NCBI RefSeq assembly: GCF_963853765.1
Contig: NC_088859.1
Coordinates: 38,812,001 to 38,876,000 of the forward strand
Length of the DNA: 64,000 bases
DNA from: Magallana gigas
Lineage: Eukaryota
Direction of reading: 5' to 3'
The translations under genes and the position numbers were made by a program. The number at the start of each line of letters is the position of its first letter. The first letter of the stretch is position 1. The notes beneath the pieces were generated by a model. It saw nothing but the letters and a program-made list of their open reading frames with translations. It did not search any database and was not told the origin of the DNA. Shown in pieces: positions 50,901-64,000 of the stretch.

Positions 50901-53600
50901 GGCTCGAACTCGGGACCCTTCAGTTTAAAAACCAACGCTCTACCAACTGACCTAAAGAGTTAGTGTACACCACTAGCTAGTGCTAGTAGGAGTGTGGCAT
51001 TATGGGGCCTATTATATACCTAATACACACGATTACAGTTACAGTACACATACATTCTATAGGATAAATATAATTCTATAGATAAATATGGTGTCATCTT
51101 GTCAATGATCATTCAAGCAGCCTTCTGGAGCAGTTGAATTAAGGATCATATATAAATTGATAAGGTTTAAGGTTTGTGAATTTATTTGTGTGTACCTGTA
51201 AAACCTAAACAACAATTTAACAAACTATTACATTATAATACATTAACAGACAAGACTTTGTGTTTTCCTACTTTTAAAACTTTTGACCCTAATTTTTTTG
51301 CAGCTGTTGAAATAATAAAGAAAATCAATCTACCAAATTTGAAATTACAATTTGTAAGTATTATCGATACTACTGACTAATATTTGTAGTAGTAAGGCTT
51401 GGAATACAGTTCTGTGAATTAAAGAACTACAATGGCTAAATTTATCTCCTATGTTTCAGGATTTTTTCCATATACAGATAATGGAGGGGAACTTAACTAA
51501 GACTCTGGAAAAATTCCTCCCATATGTAGGTAAGATTTATATATGAAGCCATGACAAGGAATGCAAACACGGATGCTTCCAATGCAGTGTACATTAACAT
51601 GCACCAATTATTCCATTGCTGACCACTTTAAGTCGAAGTTGATGATCTTACAAGTATGGTGTCTGGGTAGGAACAATGCAGAATGCAGATAATACATTCA
51701 AATTAATTTCAAATTACAAATCACATTAACACTAACACAACTGTTGTGTAACAGCAACACAGAAAGTTGTGTGAAGTTGCTTTAGCAAGAGAGCATTTTG
51801 TGCAAAGTTGTGAAAGCACCACAGTGTGCTGTGCGAAATTGTGTTAGTGCAACTGCATGTTGTTAAAAATTGTGCTTGCGCAACAGTATGTTTTGTGACA
51901 GCCTGGCTGCATTTGCTGCATGGTGGTATAGCACTCTGGTGGTCAACACACTGTTGAGCTTTTGCTGATGGCCCTATCTGGACACTAAAACCAAGTGGAA
52001 CTGTGCAAACTTCGGTTGTGGCTTATGACGTCTGCTTATCTCAGAGGACAATACATGTACAACTAGTCTGTATCAGTATCTATGTATTACCATAATTGAT
52101 GTGCAGTAATACAGCATACTGGTCAGACCCAACCTAACAGAAAGTACACCCCAACTAAACCCTGGGTTTACTTTCTGGGTTTACTCCGGGTTTACTAGAA
52201 TAGACTTAAGAGTGAACACAAAGTAAACCCAGAGTGGATACAGAGAGTATACCCGTTCAGAAGTATACCCCTGAAAGCAGATGCTAACTGTATTCGGTAT
52301 ATACAAGGGGCAGGAAATGCAGGCAGTAAGATGGTAAGATAAAACACGGGTCTGCTTCACACTTCAGTGCGTACTGTTGACCTCAAAAGCAATTTCCAAG
52401 TACAGTCAAACTTCGTTATCTTGAACTAGATGGGACTGTTTAAAAACGTCGAGATATCCGAGTATTCGAGATATCAAGGATAAAATACTTAAAAAAATAA
52501 GTGGTTGGGACTTACAAATTACTTCGACATACCCATAGTACCAGGTATTCAAGATATCAGTGTTTGAGATATCAAAGTTCTACTGTAAACCCAAAGTAAA
52601 CCCCAAGAAAACCCAGGGTTAGTTGGGGTTTACTCTGCTGCTAGGTTGGGTCTGATCGGTACTGTATATAAGTTTGAGTCTAGTATTGTTGATTACTACC
52701 GGTAATATACAAATCAAGTGAAATATTTCACTATTTGTCTTTTCATATATTCCAATTGTTGTTCTGGAAGCTGATTAGCTGACGCAGCTCAGAATATCTC
52801 CATGATGTACCTGTATCTGTACTGTACATGAATTATCTGCTTAACTTTATCTATATTTCTTCTGTATGAAAAATCAATATCAACTTTTACATACGCCAGG
52901 TCACATACAGATAGCGCAGGTGCCTGACCGAGGGGAGCCAGACAGACAGGGGGAGATCAACTTCCCCTATGTGTTTGACTTGCTACGCAAGCTTAATTAC
53001 GACGGATTTGTCGGATTGGAATACAAACCTAGGGGTGAGTGTATCATCAGTGTAAATTATTTTTCATGCATGTACATACACATTAAACTGCAAAGTGGAT
53101 AACCCAGTTAAAAAAAGTTTATGCTTTGGTCCGCATAAGCAATTTTCTGCATGTATTCTTATTTCCTTTTTAATATGACAAACTTCTCTAGTCTTTTAAT
53201 GATAAATTGAAGTGGTCATATTGTGCACCCATATAAAGTGCCTAATCAGCTTTAAAACGGCCTCTTTTTATAAAATCATATCAAAATACTGTACATCTCT
53301 ACATAACCTGTCAATATTACATGTATTGTACCAATTAATCTAAAGGACCTGCTGAATATTTCAATAACAGCGAAACAACACTTAATTTACTGAAAAAAGT
53401 TAACAATGGTTTACATAGTACCTTGCTGTAAAAAAAATCCCATTCCTTTAAATTAATTCATCACTAATATTCAAATAAGTGTTCCATGTTTGTATTCTTT
53501 CAATAAATAGGAAATACCGGTATTAAAATTTCTGTGATGTTTTTCAGGAAATACATTGGATGGATTGAAGTGGATCAAAGAATATGGACTAGAAGTTTAA
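47953..53600 (+). CDS. HYI: Hydroxypyruvate isomerase, 8 exons (47953/48022-48217, 49704-49815, 50336-50448, 50582-50660, 51303-51354, 51460-51529, 52900-53034, 53548-53600)
   Basis: [61 protein letters not shown] and GFVGLEYKP motifs. The gene is head-to-head with the FBXW9-like gene. Confidence 0.93.
48440..49580 (+). repeat. Three degenerate tRNA-derived (SINE-like) units in HYI intron 1 (~48455, ~48675, ~49495)
   Basis: A-box TAGCTCA(G/A)(T/G)TGGTAGAGC-like and B-box GGTT(C/T)(A/G)AATCC-like motifs with a shared GACTAGAGATT core. Confidence 0.6.
50695..50968 (-). repeat. Two tRNA-derived (tRNA-Lys-like) pseudo/SINE heads
   Basis: The minus strand reads TAGGTCAGTTGGTAGAGCGTTGGTTTTTAAACTGAAGGGTCCCGAGTTCGAGCC near 50905-50963, with a more decayed copy near 50700-50757. 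No acceptor stem evident. Confidence 0.55.
52112..52664. mobile_element. MITE with ~80-bp TIRs containing a nested Tc1/mariner-type MITE (52403-52585)
   Basis: Outer TIR core TCAGACCCAACCTA...CCCCAACTA(A)ACCCTGGG with TA flanks. Inner element TA|CAGTCAAACTT...AAGTTCTACTG|TA. Confidence 0.75.
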
Positions 53601-54775
53601 CAGAAGGAAAACTAGAGTTTTATTAAATATAATTTGAAAAGTAATGGTTGTACAACAGATACATGTACAAATGTAGCACTGATGAACAAATTGATTTTTA
53701 AACATAAATTCATTCTTTTGTGTAATAAACGTCTGATGTATATTCCAGTATATCAATGGGTTTTTTTAATGAAATTTTCATACCATACGTATTGCACCCC
53801 ATTTTCACAAAAAAAGAGCTAGGCATTGTTTTACAGTTCATAAACTAGGCATAGTGAATTTAAACTATATGTATAGTTACAAGCCATAAATTCTCCAATA
53901 CATGTAAACTTAACAAAATGGGATATTTCTTCAACAACATGGCAAACAAAAACAAATACTATAAGCAATTTTTAATCCATTTATTAATTATAATCAACTG
54001 AGAGACATTACATGTTACAATATAGCTGGTAATGTCAAAGCTTCTCTGCTCTCAAAACTACAGCAACTGAGTGTTGGGTAAAGTCAAAAGCTGTACAATT
54101 CTGCACAAACAACCCCAAAAAGACATAGTCTGCATGCATATATGCATATAAAATAACTGAAGATTTTTAGTATGGTTTACAATAATTTAGAGCCAGTACA
54201 ACTAAAAAGCATTTCTTTCAATCTAACATTGCTAGTTCAGTACTTGGCAAGTTTAAACACATTCTTTTATTGCATTGAACTTTGATTTTTGTGTACAAGC
54301 TAGTCTTTTACCTGTACCAAAATCAGCTTAAAATTGTGCATAACCGTAATCAGATACAACTTAAAATTCTTTGAATAGAAAATCTAGGTATCTTAGTCAC
54401 AGACGTAGCCTTTATTATCTTATGAAGAAGGCAAGTATCTAGACCTTTACCAACAGAAAATTAGGTGACATGCTAAGTTACAAACAGCTTTGCTGGATCT
54501 TAAAATGTTGTAAGATTATGAAACGGGAAAAGAATAATCTATGATTTAAAGGGAAAATACAACACAAGATGAGAGCTGAAGCTGACAAAATCTGGAGTGA
54601 ATCAAAGTATTGTAAATGCTGATTCACTAACCAACAGGTCTAAATCGGTGTTCAGAGAACTATAACATAAGAAACATAATGGCTCATACATTAACAGTTT
54701 AAAGAAAGAAACATTTTCTATAAACAAAATTATGGTTTTACATTCCCAAATTTCTTCAGTCAAATTTTAAGCAAA

Positions 54776-57700
54776 TCAACTTTGCTGATCATCCTCTGTT
54801 TGAGATAAAAGAAAATTTGCAGCTAAATCTTCATTCCTTTCACAGGCAAAATAGGCTTGTATGCACATTCCCTCTGAAAATCCTAAAGCTTTAAGCTGAA
54901 AAGAAAAACATAGAAATTATGTTTATATACCAGTAAACCTATAAACAGAAGAAGTATTGTATTATCTTTATTGCAATTAGCTTTCAGCCGAATGCAAATG
55001 CCAATATAATTATACATTATCAATAAATGTACTATATATTAACAAAGGTAGATATCTATTATCTATAAAATACACATGTATATAAATGTAATAAGCATTG
55101 CAGGCACACAATGTTGCACACTTACCCTCTCTATGGCCTCTTTCTCTGAAGGTGTAACTTGTATAATACCACTCCCTGGAGGTGCCCCAGCAGGAGGTAA
55201 CCCCCCACCCTGGGCCTGATCCGATACATCCCCTCCCTCTGCAGGTTCGTTCAACATCTGTATGAAGCGTTCTTGATTCTGACTTATCATCTAATAGGAA
55301 AGAAGAAACGCTCATTCTTTGATATGATAAAATCAAGGAGGAAAACAGGGCTTTATTGTACATGTACACAAGGAAAATTGTCTCTGAATCTTTTTTTCCT
55401 GCTATTTTATTCAACGTATAGCTCACAACCTATCAATAAAGCAAATACCGTAATGTCTTCTGTATAATACACATTTTTTTTTTAAAGCCAAATTTAATTT
55501 GATTTGAGGGGTGTGTGTAATACAAACATGTATGAACAAAATTTTACTCAATCTTTTTAGAGCACTTTTCTGAGTACAAAGGAAGTATAACTGCCTATAT
55601 CATGTCTTAAACAAGTTGTATGAGTGTACAGTGTACACTTAACATCAAATTAACTTATTATTAATTTTAAGCAATTTAACTTATTCATGAAATAACTACT
55701 GTAAATTATAAACTTCATATAAATGTATGATCAACTATCTACATTCAACTAGTCGTTGTAAGGTATGTACACAAATATAAATTATACAAAGTGCACATTC
55801 ATAGAAGTTTAATAACATTCAAACTGCTAAGAACAGGCATTGAGGATTTTCACTAGCCATTAGTAATTACCTGTAATAAAGGAGGATTGGACTGGCCTAT
55901 CTGTCGGAGGAGTTCTGGTAAGAAATTGGGGTTGTCTTGTATCAATTGTCTCATTCTCTGAAATTGTGGCTGACTTCTTAAAAACGACAAAGGGTCCTCT
56001 CCTACAAAATAATGGTCCAAATATAGAAACTGAGCAAGTTACAGGTCAACTTATTGAATAGATACTGACACATACCATGAACTTATTCATTTCTATGTAC
56101 AATGAATGTACCAGTATTTAAACATGAACAATTTCCAATGTTTGTATATTTCTATGGTTTTCGATTTAATACTATTTAAAATTTTAAGAGGAATAGTTAC
56201 TTTTCCTACAAATAGTAAAGAGACCATGATTGTCGGGTTCAGGTAATAGTAGGATCAAATATCATCAAAATTTTGATACATGTATCATAAAACTATATAT
56301 TCACAATTGGTATTTTTAAAGAATTTCCTTGATCAAAAAGTAAACAAGAACATAATGTGCATCAAAACTTCCACAAGGATTTTCCCTCTTTAGCTTTACT
56401 GCAATTTCTACTTGTAACATAGGGGGAGGAGAGATTTCTTTAATACAAACCTCCTGTCTGTCCTGCCGCGGGCATTGATAAAGACCCACCCCCTGTGGCA
56501 GGGGGATTGGAGGCTGGGGAGGTCTGTTGAGTGGTCTGTTCTGGGGCTACAGGGGCTCCTGTAGGTGGTTCCGGTTCTGGTGTGTCAGGGATTCCCTGAA
56601 TCAAATGTCAAGGTTTCAATACAATATTTATTTTCTGAGATGTACAGAGTTTTTCTTCTAGATATAAATACTTGTGCCGCAGATGCATCCCCAAAAAGAC
56701 AGACAAAACAAAATATTCTTAAGAACTTGTTTACAAATGCATTTTTACATCCCCCTCCTTATAATCATTCATAGATTTTTTCAATCGGAAAGCCTAGTTT
56801 CATATGCATACGGAAACAATTCATTAGATGATCTATGTTCAAAGCACTGTGACATCATCAGTAAATGTTTATGGTACTATCAACCATTCAAAGTTTTATC
56901 CTCATGATACAACAACAATGTAGAAGAAGAAAAAGGAAAATACACATAACATATCCTTCACCGACCTGGAACAGATACTCGACGGCTCTGTTTGGATTGT
57001 TAAAGCTGGCTCTCAGTGCTCGAATCACCTGGTCTCGCTCGAACCCCATGGACATGATCTCCATCACCATGTTCTCGTACTCCTGGCCGGTGACCAGCAT
57101 GCTCTCGGCAGACACCTGGCCCGAGGCCTCTGAGCCCGAGGTCTCTGTGGTAGCTGTGGAGGTACTGGTGGTGGAGGCAGGGGGAGCCTCCGTTTTTGTC
57201 TCACTATGGATGGAAAGTTAGAACATTTGTATACATGCATCAACTAGGATCCAAGACATTTATCACAGGGGATGAATTCTAATACAGTATAAAGGATCTG
57301 AGAAACTACATGTAAAACATTTATAACATGTATTTTCATAAATTATGACAGTGTAAAAAACAAATTCAATTATTCTTATTATAAGCAATCACTTTAATGT
57401 ACACATGTACTGTATGTAGATGAATTTATAACAAATCTGCCATACTTCATTTATGAAATATTTAATACATGTACTTCCACAAAAAAAGATGTTAGGGTGT
57501 AAAAAGGCCATTACAGGCTTTTGTTTATAGTTTCACATGTGATATATTGATTGTATACACTATATTGATATCAAATAACATCACGATAGACGCATCACAT
57601 TCAAACCATGTTTTACAGCAAGATGTCACTAAAATGAAAGATTATCCTCCCCAATCAGCTTATGTTTTTATCTAGTTACAATTATGTAGCCCTCTCCCGA

Positions 57701-60700
57701 TTTTTTTTTGGAGTAAACATCAGATATAAAAAGTCGGAGAGGGCTACATTTATCATGCATCAAATTTTATTCCCCTTTAAAAAGATAAATGAAAAATATA
57801 TCAAAGACGAAGACAATCTACAAATCAATTCCTCGTCTCTTGAGAAATTGAGGGCTAGGATCACTCTGAGTTGATTAAATCAATTTTGGTTTGAATTATT
57901 TTTTTATAAGTTCAATTTTCCTTTGAAATGGGAACCAATGTCACTAAATAAGCTGTTATAATCTTATATTAAAGTAATTTATAAATATATAGGTAGTAAT
58001 TTTATGACAAATGTACATCTTAAAGTAATAAAATGGTAACAGAAGAAGCAGTGTACACATAGCTTCAAAATTGATACAAAGACGACATGTAAAGAGAAAT
58101 TCACTGAACTTAACCCAAATCAAGAATTCCAAATCCAAGCACAGAATCTAGTACTGAGCAATGCAGTGCATCAAAGATTTAGAAATACCATACTGCCATC
58201 TGACATTCACTTATAAACTGACAGAATTTAGAGAGCTGGTAATACCTTAACGATTTTCCAGTGCACAGTTTATTGTCAATTCTAGTACAGTTATTGCTGA
58301 GATCAAAGAGATGCCGTGGACATTATTCTCCAATATACCACGAACGTCATCAGTAAATTATCAGATCAGAAATACCTATCTGTCTTGCACTGATCATGAA
58401 AGTACAACTTCAAACCGTAAAAAGTTTTAAAACCATGTCAATTTCATGTGTTAGTTCCAGTCAAAACAATGTGTAATGCCTCAAATGTTTATTTTTAAGA
58501 GATCAATGCGGCTGTTCATAGGACCTCCCTAGCACATTTTCACAGCGTGTTTTTACATAAAATATATAACGTGTAGTAGTAATAATCGTATTAAATTGCC
58601 CTTAAAATATTAGGAATGTGATTCAAAGATATTTTATAAATAAGTGAAGAGTATTAAAACCCTAAGAAAAATTCTGTTGTCTGCATGCGATTCCTTTGAT
58701 TGATACACATGTAAACATTACTAACAAATCCGTTGGGGTTACATGGAACAGCCGTCAAATTGACCTAGATCGTCTCTCTATAGGAGAAACACTGGGCTGT
58801 TAGTAGAATAGAAATAAAGTTTTTGTTTTTGTGAATGTTTCAGGATAACCTCCTCGGTCTCAAAATGTTGTTTGAAATATAAAAGCCTCGGCTTTTATAT
58901 TTCAAAACAACATTTCTCGACCTCGGAGGTTATTCTGCAACATTCATGAAAACTCGTACTTTATTTCTTAAACATATAGCAAACATGCAACATGATGACA
59001 CATGACCTCTGTACCACAAACTTAATATATGATTTAAGAGGAGGACTTGAAAATTCACCTTTGTGTAGTTTCCATTTTCTCCTCCTTCTTCTCCTCGGCT
59101 GGTTTAGGGGCCTCCGTTGCAGCAGGGGCTGGGGCCGGGGTGGCTACAGGAGGGGCGGGGCTCGGCTCAGCAGGTTTGGCTGCTGCTGGTTTGGGCTGGA
59201 ATAGAGCAGTAGTCTTTTTGTAATCTGATACATTCTTTGTCATGTTCATGTTACAATGTAGGGCATGCAAGATCATCAATGAGGGATATTTTACCATACA
59301 GAAATTCTCAAAGAAGTGCATCTATATGTAGTTGTGAGAAACCTTTGGGTATAAAGACCAAAGTATGCAATCTATCTTCTTGTCAGAGAGAGAGAGAGAA
59401 AAAGAGAGATAAAAAGAGAGAGAGAGACAGATGAAGAGAGACTAAAAATGTTTTCAATGCTCTGTTGTTGAAATCCCATCAAGAGTCAAAACAGTGTATC
59501 ACTGATTTTACACGTATGTTTATAACAAACAATGATTTTTCTTTCCAAAATTCCATTACTACATTCCAACACTTCTAAGTATGATAACATCGATATTTGG
59601 ATCTAAGCAAGGAAGTACATATATATACATGTACATTATAAAGTTTCCCATATTCATCTGCAGGGTTACACATTTCCTCATTTCTCTGTACTTTGTTATG
59701 ATTGTTCAGTTATGTATAACGTGCAATCTCTTGATCTAACAGTCAAGTTAAATCCAGTTCACATACACGTAGTAAAACAAACTAAACGTCAGCAAAATTC
59801 TACAACAATAACTCACCTTTGTCACCATTACTACTACAAAGTTTTTCTCTTCAATTTTGTATTCGCCTATTTTCTTTTCATCATCGAGAATCTTTCCTAA
59901 AAATGAACAAAACCAATTAGTAGATGTTGAATTAAAATAAAAGAGTATTCTAATTAAGAATCAAGGATCAGAAAAATGATACACATAATCAAGGTTCACC
60001 TGCATAGATCAACTTCTGTCCTCCAGCGGGAAAATGTTCTTTTCCCTTTTCATTTTCTATTTTTTCTTTCAAACTTTTGACCTGTAAAGATGTTGATGTC
60101 ATATTCTCAATACAATAAATGGACACATTTTAAATTGTTGACATTGACATTGTATGGGCTATCATGTCATTACAGCAACAATTCCTGTTTTACTGGAATT
60201 CTTTAGGACAGATTTTGGGTTGACCTCCCTCAAGGCACACAAAGGGGTCTGCTAATTATTTAACAAATCTCTGCAGTAAAACTTAGTCATAAACAATCCC
60301 ACAAATACTGATTCCTATGAATAAGTGTATTCATGGGAAAATCCCTGGATAAATTGAGGGGAGCTAGCTGTCAAATTAAAAATCGTAGATATCTTTTAAC
60401 CTTACTGATAGTCTTGCTGGTACATGTATTTCAAGCATAAATCGTCAAAAAAGTAAGGGTGGACAAAAATTTTGCTGCAGAAGACCTTTTGCTCAGAGAC
60501 ATTTTGCTTCGTCAAATTTTGATGATTTTAAGCAAAAATACACATATCCAAGTACCTTCGAAGTTACAAATGAAAAGGAAGAAAGTAAAAACTCATCTCT
60601 TTTTACCTGGAGAATTTCACAAGATTGAAAAGATTTATTCAGCAATTTATAATGTGAAAATCCGACATCTTTATCGATTTATAATGTAAAAATCTGACTT

Positions 60701-63700
60701 TATCATTCAGAAATCACTCACACAATTTTCCCAGTAATTACCCAGGTACTCTGTCTGTTGCAAAAAATCTCCTTGGCCTTTTAATTTTTAACTGTTTATT
60801 AAATCCTTGTAAGCTAGATACAGAGTTTCAAGAGAAGTCTAGAGAATTTTTCATACTACATGTATTAAATTGAATATCATTTAAACCCTGACAAATTTAT
60901 AAATATCAAACAATAAGCAAAATGTGCTGTGAGGGACAGAGTACATCTTTGCTAGCCAAGGGTTCTCAGTCCACTTCGCTCCCCATAAACCCTTGGCAGA
61001 TCTCATTACGAAAACTTGGTGATGCGGTGGCACTACCTAGCGAGCATCTTGAGTTGCACCCCTTGTATATTAACCTTTTAATCAATGAAACAACAGGTAA
61101 TATATAATACAAGTTAGGGCATAAATACAACTTGAAAACATGTCGACTAGCAAGAATCGGGACATACTTAACAGTGCTGTTAAATAGGAATGAAGATATA
61201 ACCTAGAGAAAGCAAGGAATGTTTTATTGATAGTTTGTAGGGACCTTTACATACCAAGAGTGAAAAAGTCGCTATATATAAATGCATTCAAGCCATAAAA
61301 CCAGGTATCGTTGTCGTAATTGTTATGGACAAAAGGAATTAAATAAAATACAGCTCATCGAACCAGACACATAAATAACATTTTAAAAGCAATATCCATA
61401 AGCAGGGATGTATATACTGATGGGATAGACAACTTCTTCATTCGCCATGTTATATCCCATACTATGATCACACGAGCCTTGACAAGTTTGTATTGTGTTC
61501 AATCCCATGCAGTAAAATACATCGATTTTAAAAAAAGAAGATGGGTGAATAAGGCGTGTAAAATGCCCATACGTGATCGGACAGGCTACTGAAAAATTAA
61601 AGTATCAATAAATCTGATGGGTTTTTTAAAAAATCATTTAAAACAATATATATTTAACGAATCATTGATTTTTAACCTATAGGTATGTTCAATACTTGGA
61701 ATATGTTGACTCAAACAGGCGTATACGTATCAAAACCTGCAAATACTGTCATTTTTTAGAACTTCAAGGCATTTTCTTATATAGAGTGGGTCTGAGCTCC
61801 ATATTTTTCTCATAGTCTAATTAAGGTCTATGGGAAAACAAACCGATTCCAATCAACAAAAACGTGGAGAGATGACCCACTATACATTAAAAATATCATT
61901 TTGTATCCCAACAACTGAACGCTTTGAAAAAATAATACAAGTCCGGTAGTTCGTGACCTCAGTCACACATAATATTTAAAAAGACCACATTGTTGTGTCT
62001 GAAATGGCTCAGTGGTTAGAGTACATGGCATAAGCTAACCTTATATATCTAGCGTTTTTATATGACGGGTTCGATACCACCAAAATTTTCGACAATATTT
62101 TTTTTTCTTATTTTGCTTTTGCAAAGTTGTATTATGATATATTTGAATAGATTTAATTGGGGAAAAATAAATTTAAAATTGTATTTCACTACTAAACCGA
62201 ATGGGCATTTGCGCCATCTTATTCCCCCATCTTCTTTACTCGAGCACTTGAAAAGCACCGAACGTTTTACCAAAGATCAGTGTGTGTTTCTTTTAGAGTT
62301 TAATTTATAAGCCCTTGTTTACAATGCTGCGATTGGATCAGCTACTCGCAGCTGTAGCCAATCATAAAATGAAGCTTGTGACCGAGTTTTCGTAATGAGA
62401 CCTGTCATGGGTTCATGGGGAGCGGAGTGGACCAAAAACCCTTGGTTAGCGTAGATGGACAGAGTATAGAGTGACCAGAATGCAAAAACATAGGAGCAAA
62501 ATATCTTAAAATAACAGTACCGATATTTCAAACAGATTTTACGAAAAAAATTATTTAAAAATTGACATTTCATCAATTAGTCCAAAATATCTGACATTTT
62601 CCTGGCATTTTTAATGATTTTGATATTTTACTTGCCAGGAAAATGCCAGGAAAGCACCATTACTAAACTGCTTACTCCAACTTGAGGCGGCATTCTTGGC
62701 TCAATTTCAAATATTTGTGAGTCAAATCAAATGTTAAACTCACAAGAATTACTTAAAAAAATGACGATATTATAACTCACTGATATTGCTAATTGTGGGT
62801 TCTTCCATCCCATAAACAGAATGTTGAACATATTTTTATCAAACTGTCCAGATTTGTTTTGAATCAATTGATTTTTTGTATTTTTGAAATCTTGCGAGAA
62901 TTGGGCGCTGCAACAAATTTGTTTATCAGTGTGATTATCAAAATATGGAGTACGTAGAATTTTATTGTAAGTGATATATTGGCAAGTGTTAATTTATATT
63001 CATCAAAATCAAGCTAAGAAAATTCTGCCTCCAATTGAAGGCTGTGATCCATTAATTTCCAGTTTTTATAATGGTGTTGGTTCTGGCATTTGAATGGCAA
63101 GTAAAATATCAAATTCATTCAAAAGCCAGTAAAATGTCAGATATTATGGACTAAATATCAATTATCAACACAAAAATGCCCTGAAAGAAACCACAGTTCT
63201 TAGTATAAGAGATATTTCTGAGTGGAATTTCTGCAATTTACAAGTCTTGGAGAACCTTGGCAGTAGTGTAGTAATTTCAAATCCAAAATATTATTAAAAT
63301 GGAAAAATCTATTAAGCTTACAGTAGTATATCACACAAACATGTGACAATCATACAACAAAGATGTAGTGGGAATTTCTTGTTGCTTATGGAGGGGAAAT
63401 TTTTGGATTCATCTTTATATTTTTACTTATTGAAATAACATGAAATAAAATGCAAATGAAACTGATGAAATTAAGACAAAGGAAGTTTGTAAATAATGAA
63501 TGGCTCCACACACGTATGTATAAATAAATATAATGTTCGACACCAATATTCTTATTGAACATATTGTTCATTAAATACACAGCTCGCATTAACCAATCAC
63601 TTCATTATTCAACAACCCATCTATTTATAAAATCACAAATAAACATTGTTCCCGACAAATAATCAAATCCAGGATAGTCGCTGCACGTGTTTTAAATTAA

Positions 63701-63771
63701 CATACCAAGTCTTCTGGGTCAATTTCAATTTTGAAGGTCTGTTGTTGTAAAGTTTTCAGCGTGACGAACAT
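54776..63771 (-). CDS. RAD23: UV excision repair protein RAD23 (UBL-UBA1-XPC binding-UBA2), ~9 exons (first 63771-63706, last ~54896-54776)
   Basis: [100 protein letters not shown] and [18 protein letters not shown]. Confidence 0.96.
58811..58967. repeat. ~157-bp imperfect palindrome (fold-back MITE-like) in a RAD23 intron
   Basis: Centre TTTGAAATATAAAAGCC-T-CGGCTTTTATATTTCAAA; arms extend to GAAATAAAGT / ACTTTATTTC. Confidence 0.8.
62578..63153. mobile_element. MITE with ~60-bp TIRs
   Basis: TAGTCCAAAATATCTGACATTTTCCTGGC...TTTTACTTGCCA matches the reverse complement of 63094-63153. Confidence 0.75.
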
Positions 63772-64000
63772 TTTTAAGTCCTATGTAAGAATATTGTCTA
63801 ATAAAATCACGCAAAACGCCAGTGCGTCACCCAACTTTCAAATTGCCAACTTCACGATCCGCCATGAATGAATATCCGCAGTGAATCATTTTGTGTAAAT
63901 ATATTTAATTTATTTTATGAGATCATATGAATTAAATCAACATGAATTATTTTCCGAATTATTAAGAAAATAAAGACTGAATCAAATGTTGAAATAAAAA

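Noticed and set aside
50895-50968. Functional tRNA-Lys gene
   Set aside because: A and B boxes are present, but the acceptor and anticodon stems do not pair convincingly.
37898-53600. Bacterial origin or contamination for the hemE- and hyi-like genes
   Set aside because: Both have multiple spliceosomal introns and sit among typical animal genes.

Overview
This is AT-rich, intron-rich animal DNA. The Helentron-type repeats, ~166-bp satellite-like arrays and MITE families suggest a bivalve, probably an oyster (inference). Seven host genes can be rebuilt by hand from GT-AG exons: a GPLD1-like gene (minus, 26795 to beyond the left edge), nanos (plus, nested antisense in a GPLD1 intron), an unidentified two-exon protein gene (plus), UROD (minus), an FBXW9-like gene (minus), HYI (plus) and RAD23 (minus). 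The main find is a 6.5-kb, nearly intact tyrosine-recombinase (DIRS-order, PAT-like) retrotransposon at 14925-21448 (minus). It has split direct repeats, Gag, RT-RNaseH-methyltransferase and an ALOG-domain recombinase. Its ORFs are flanked by in-phase splice donors and acceptors, suggesting Gag, Gag-Pol and Pol-recombinase are produced by alternative splicing rather than frameshifting. It sits in a Helentron-type element inside a GPLD1 intron, in sense orientation. The GPLD1-like protein appears to have lost several Zn-binding histidines and may be a pseudoenzyme. All gene models and family calls come from manual reading and recalled protein motifs; no searches or alignments were run.
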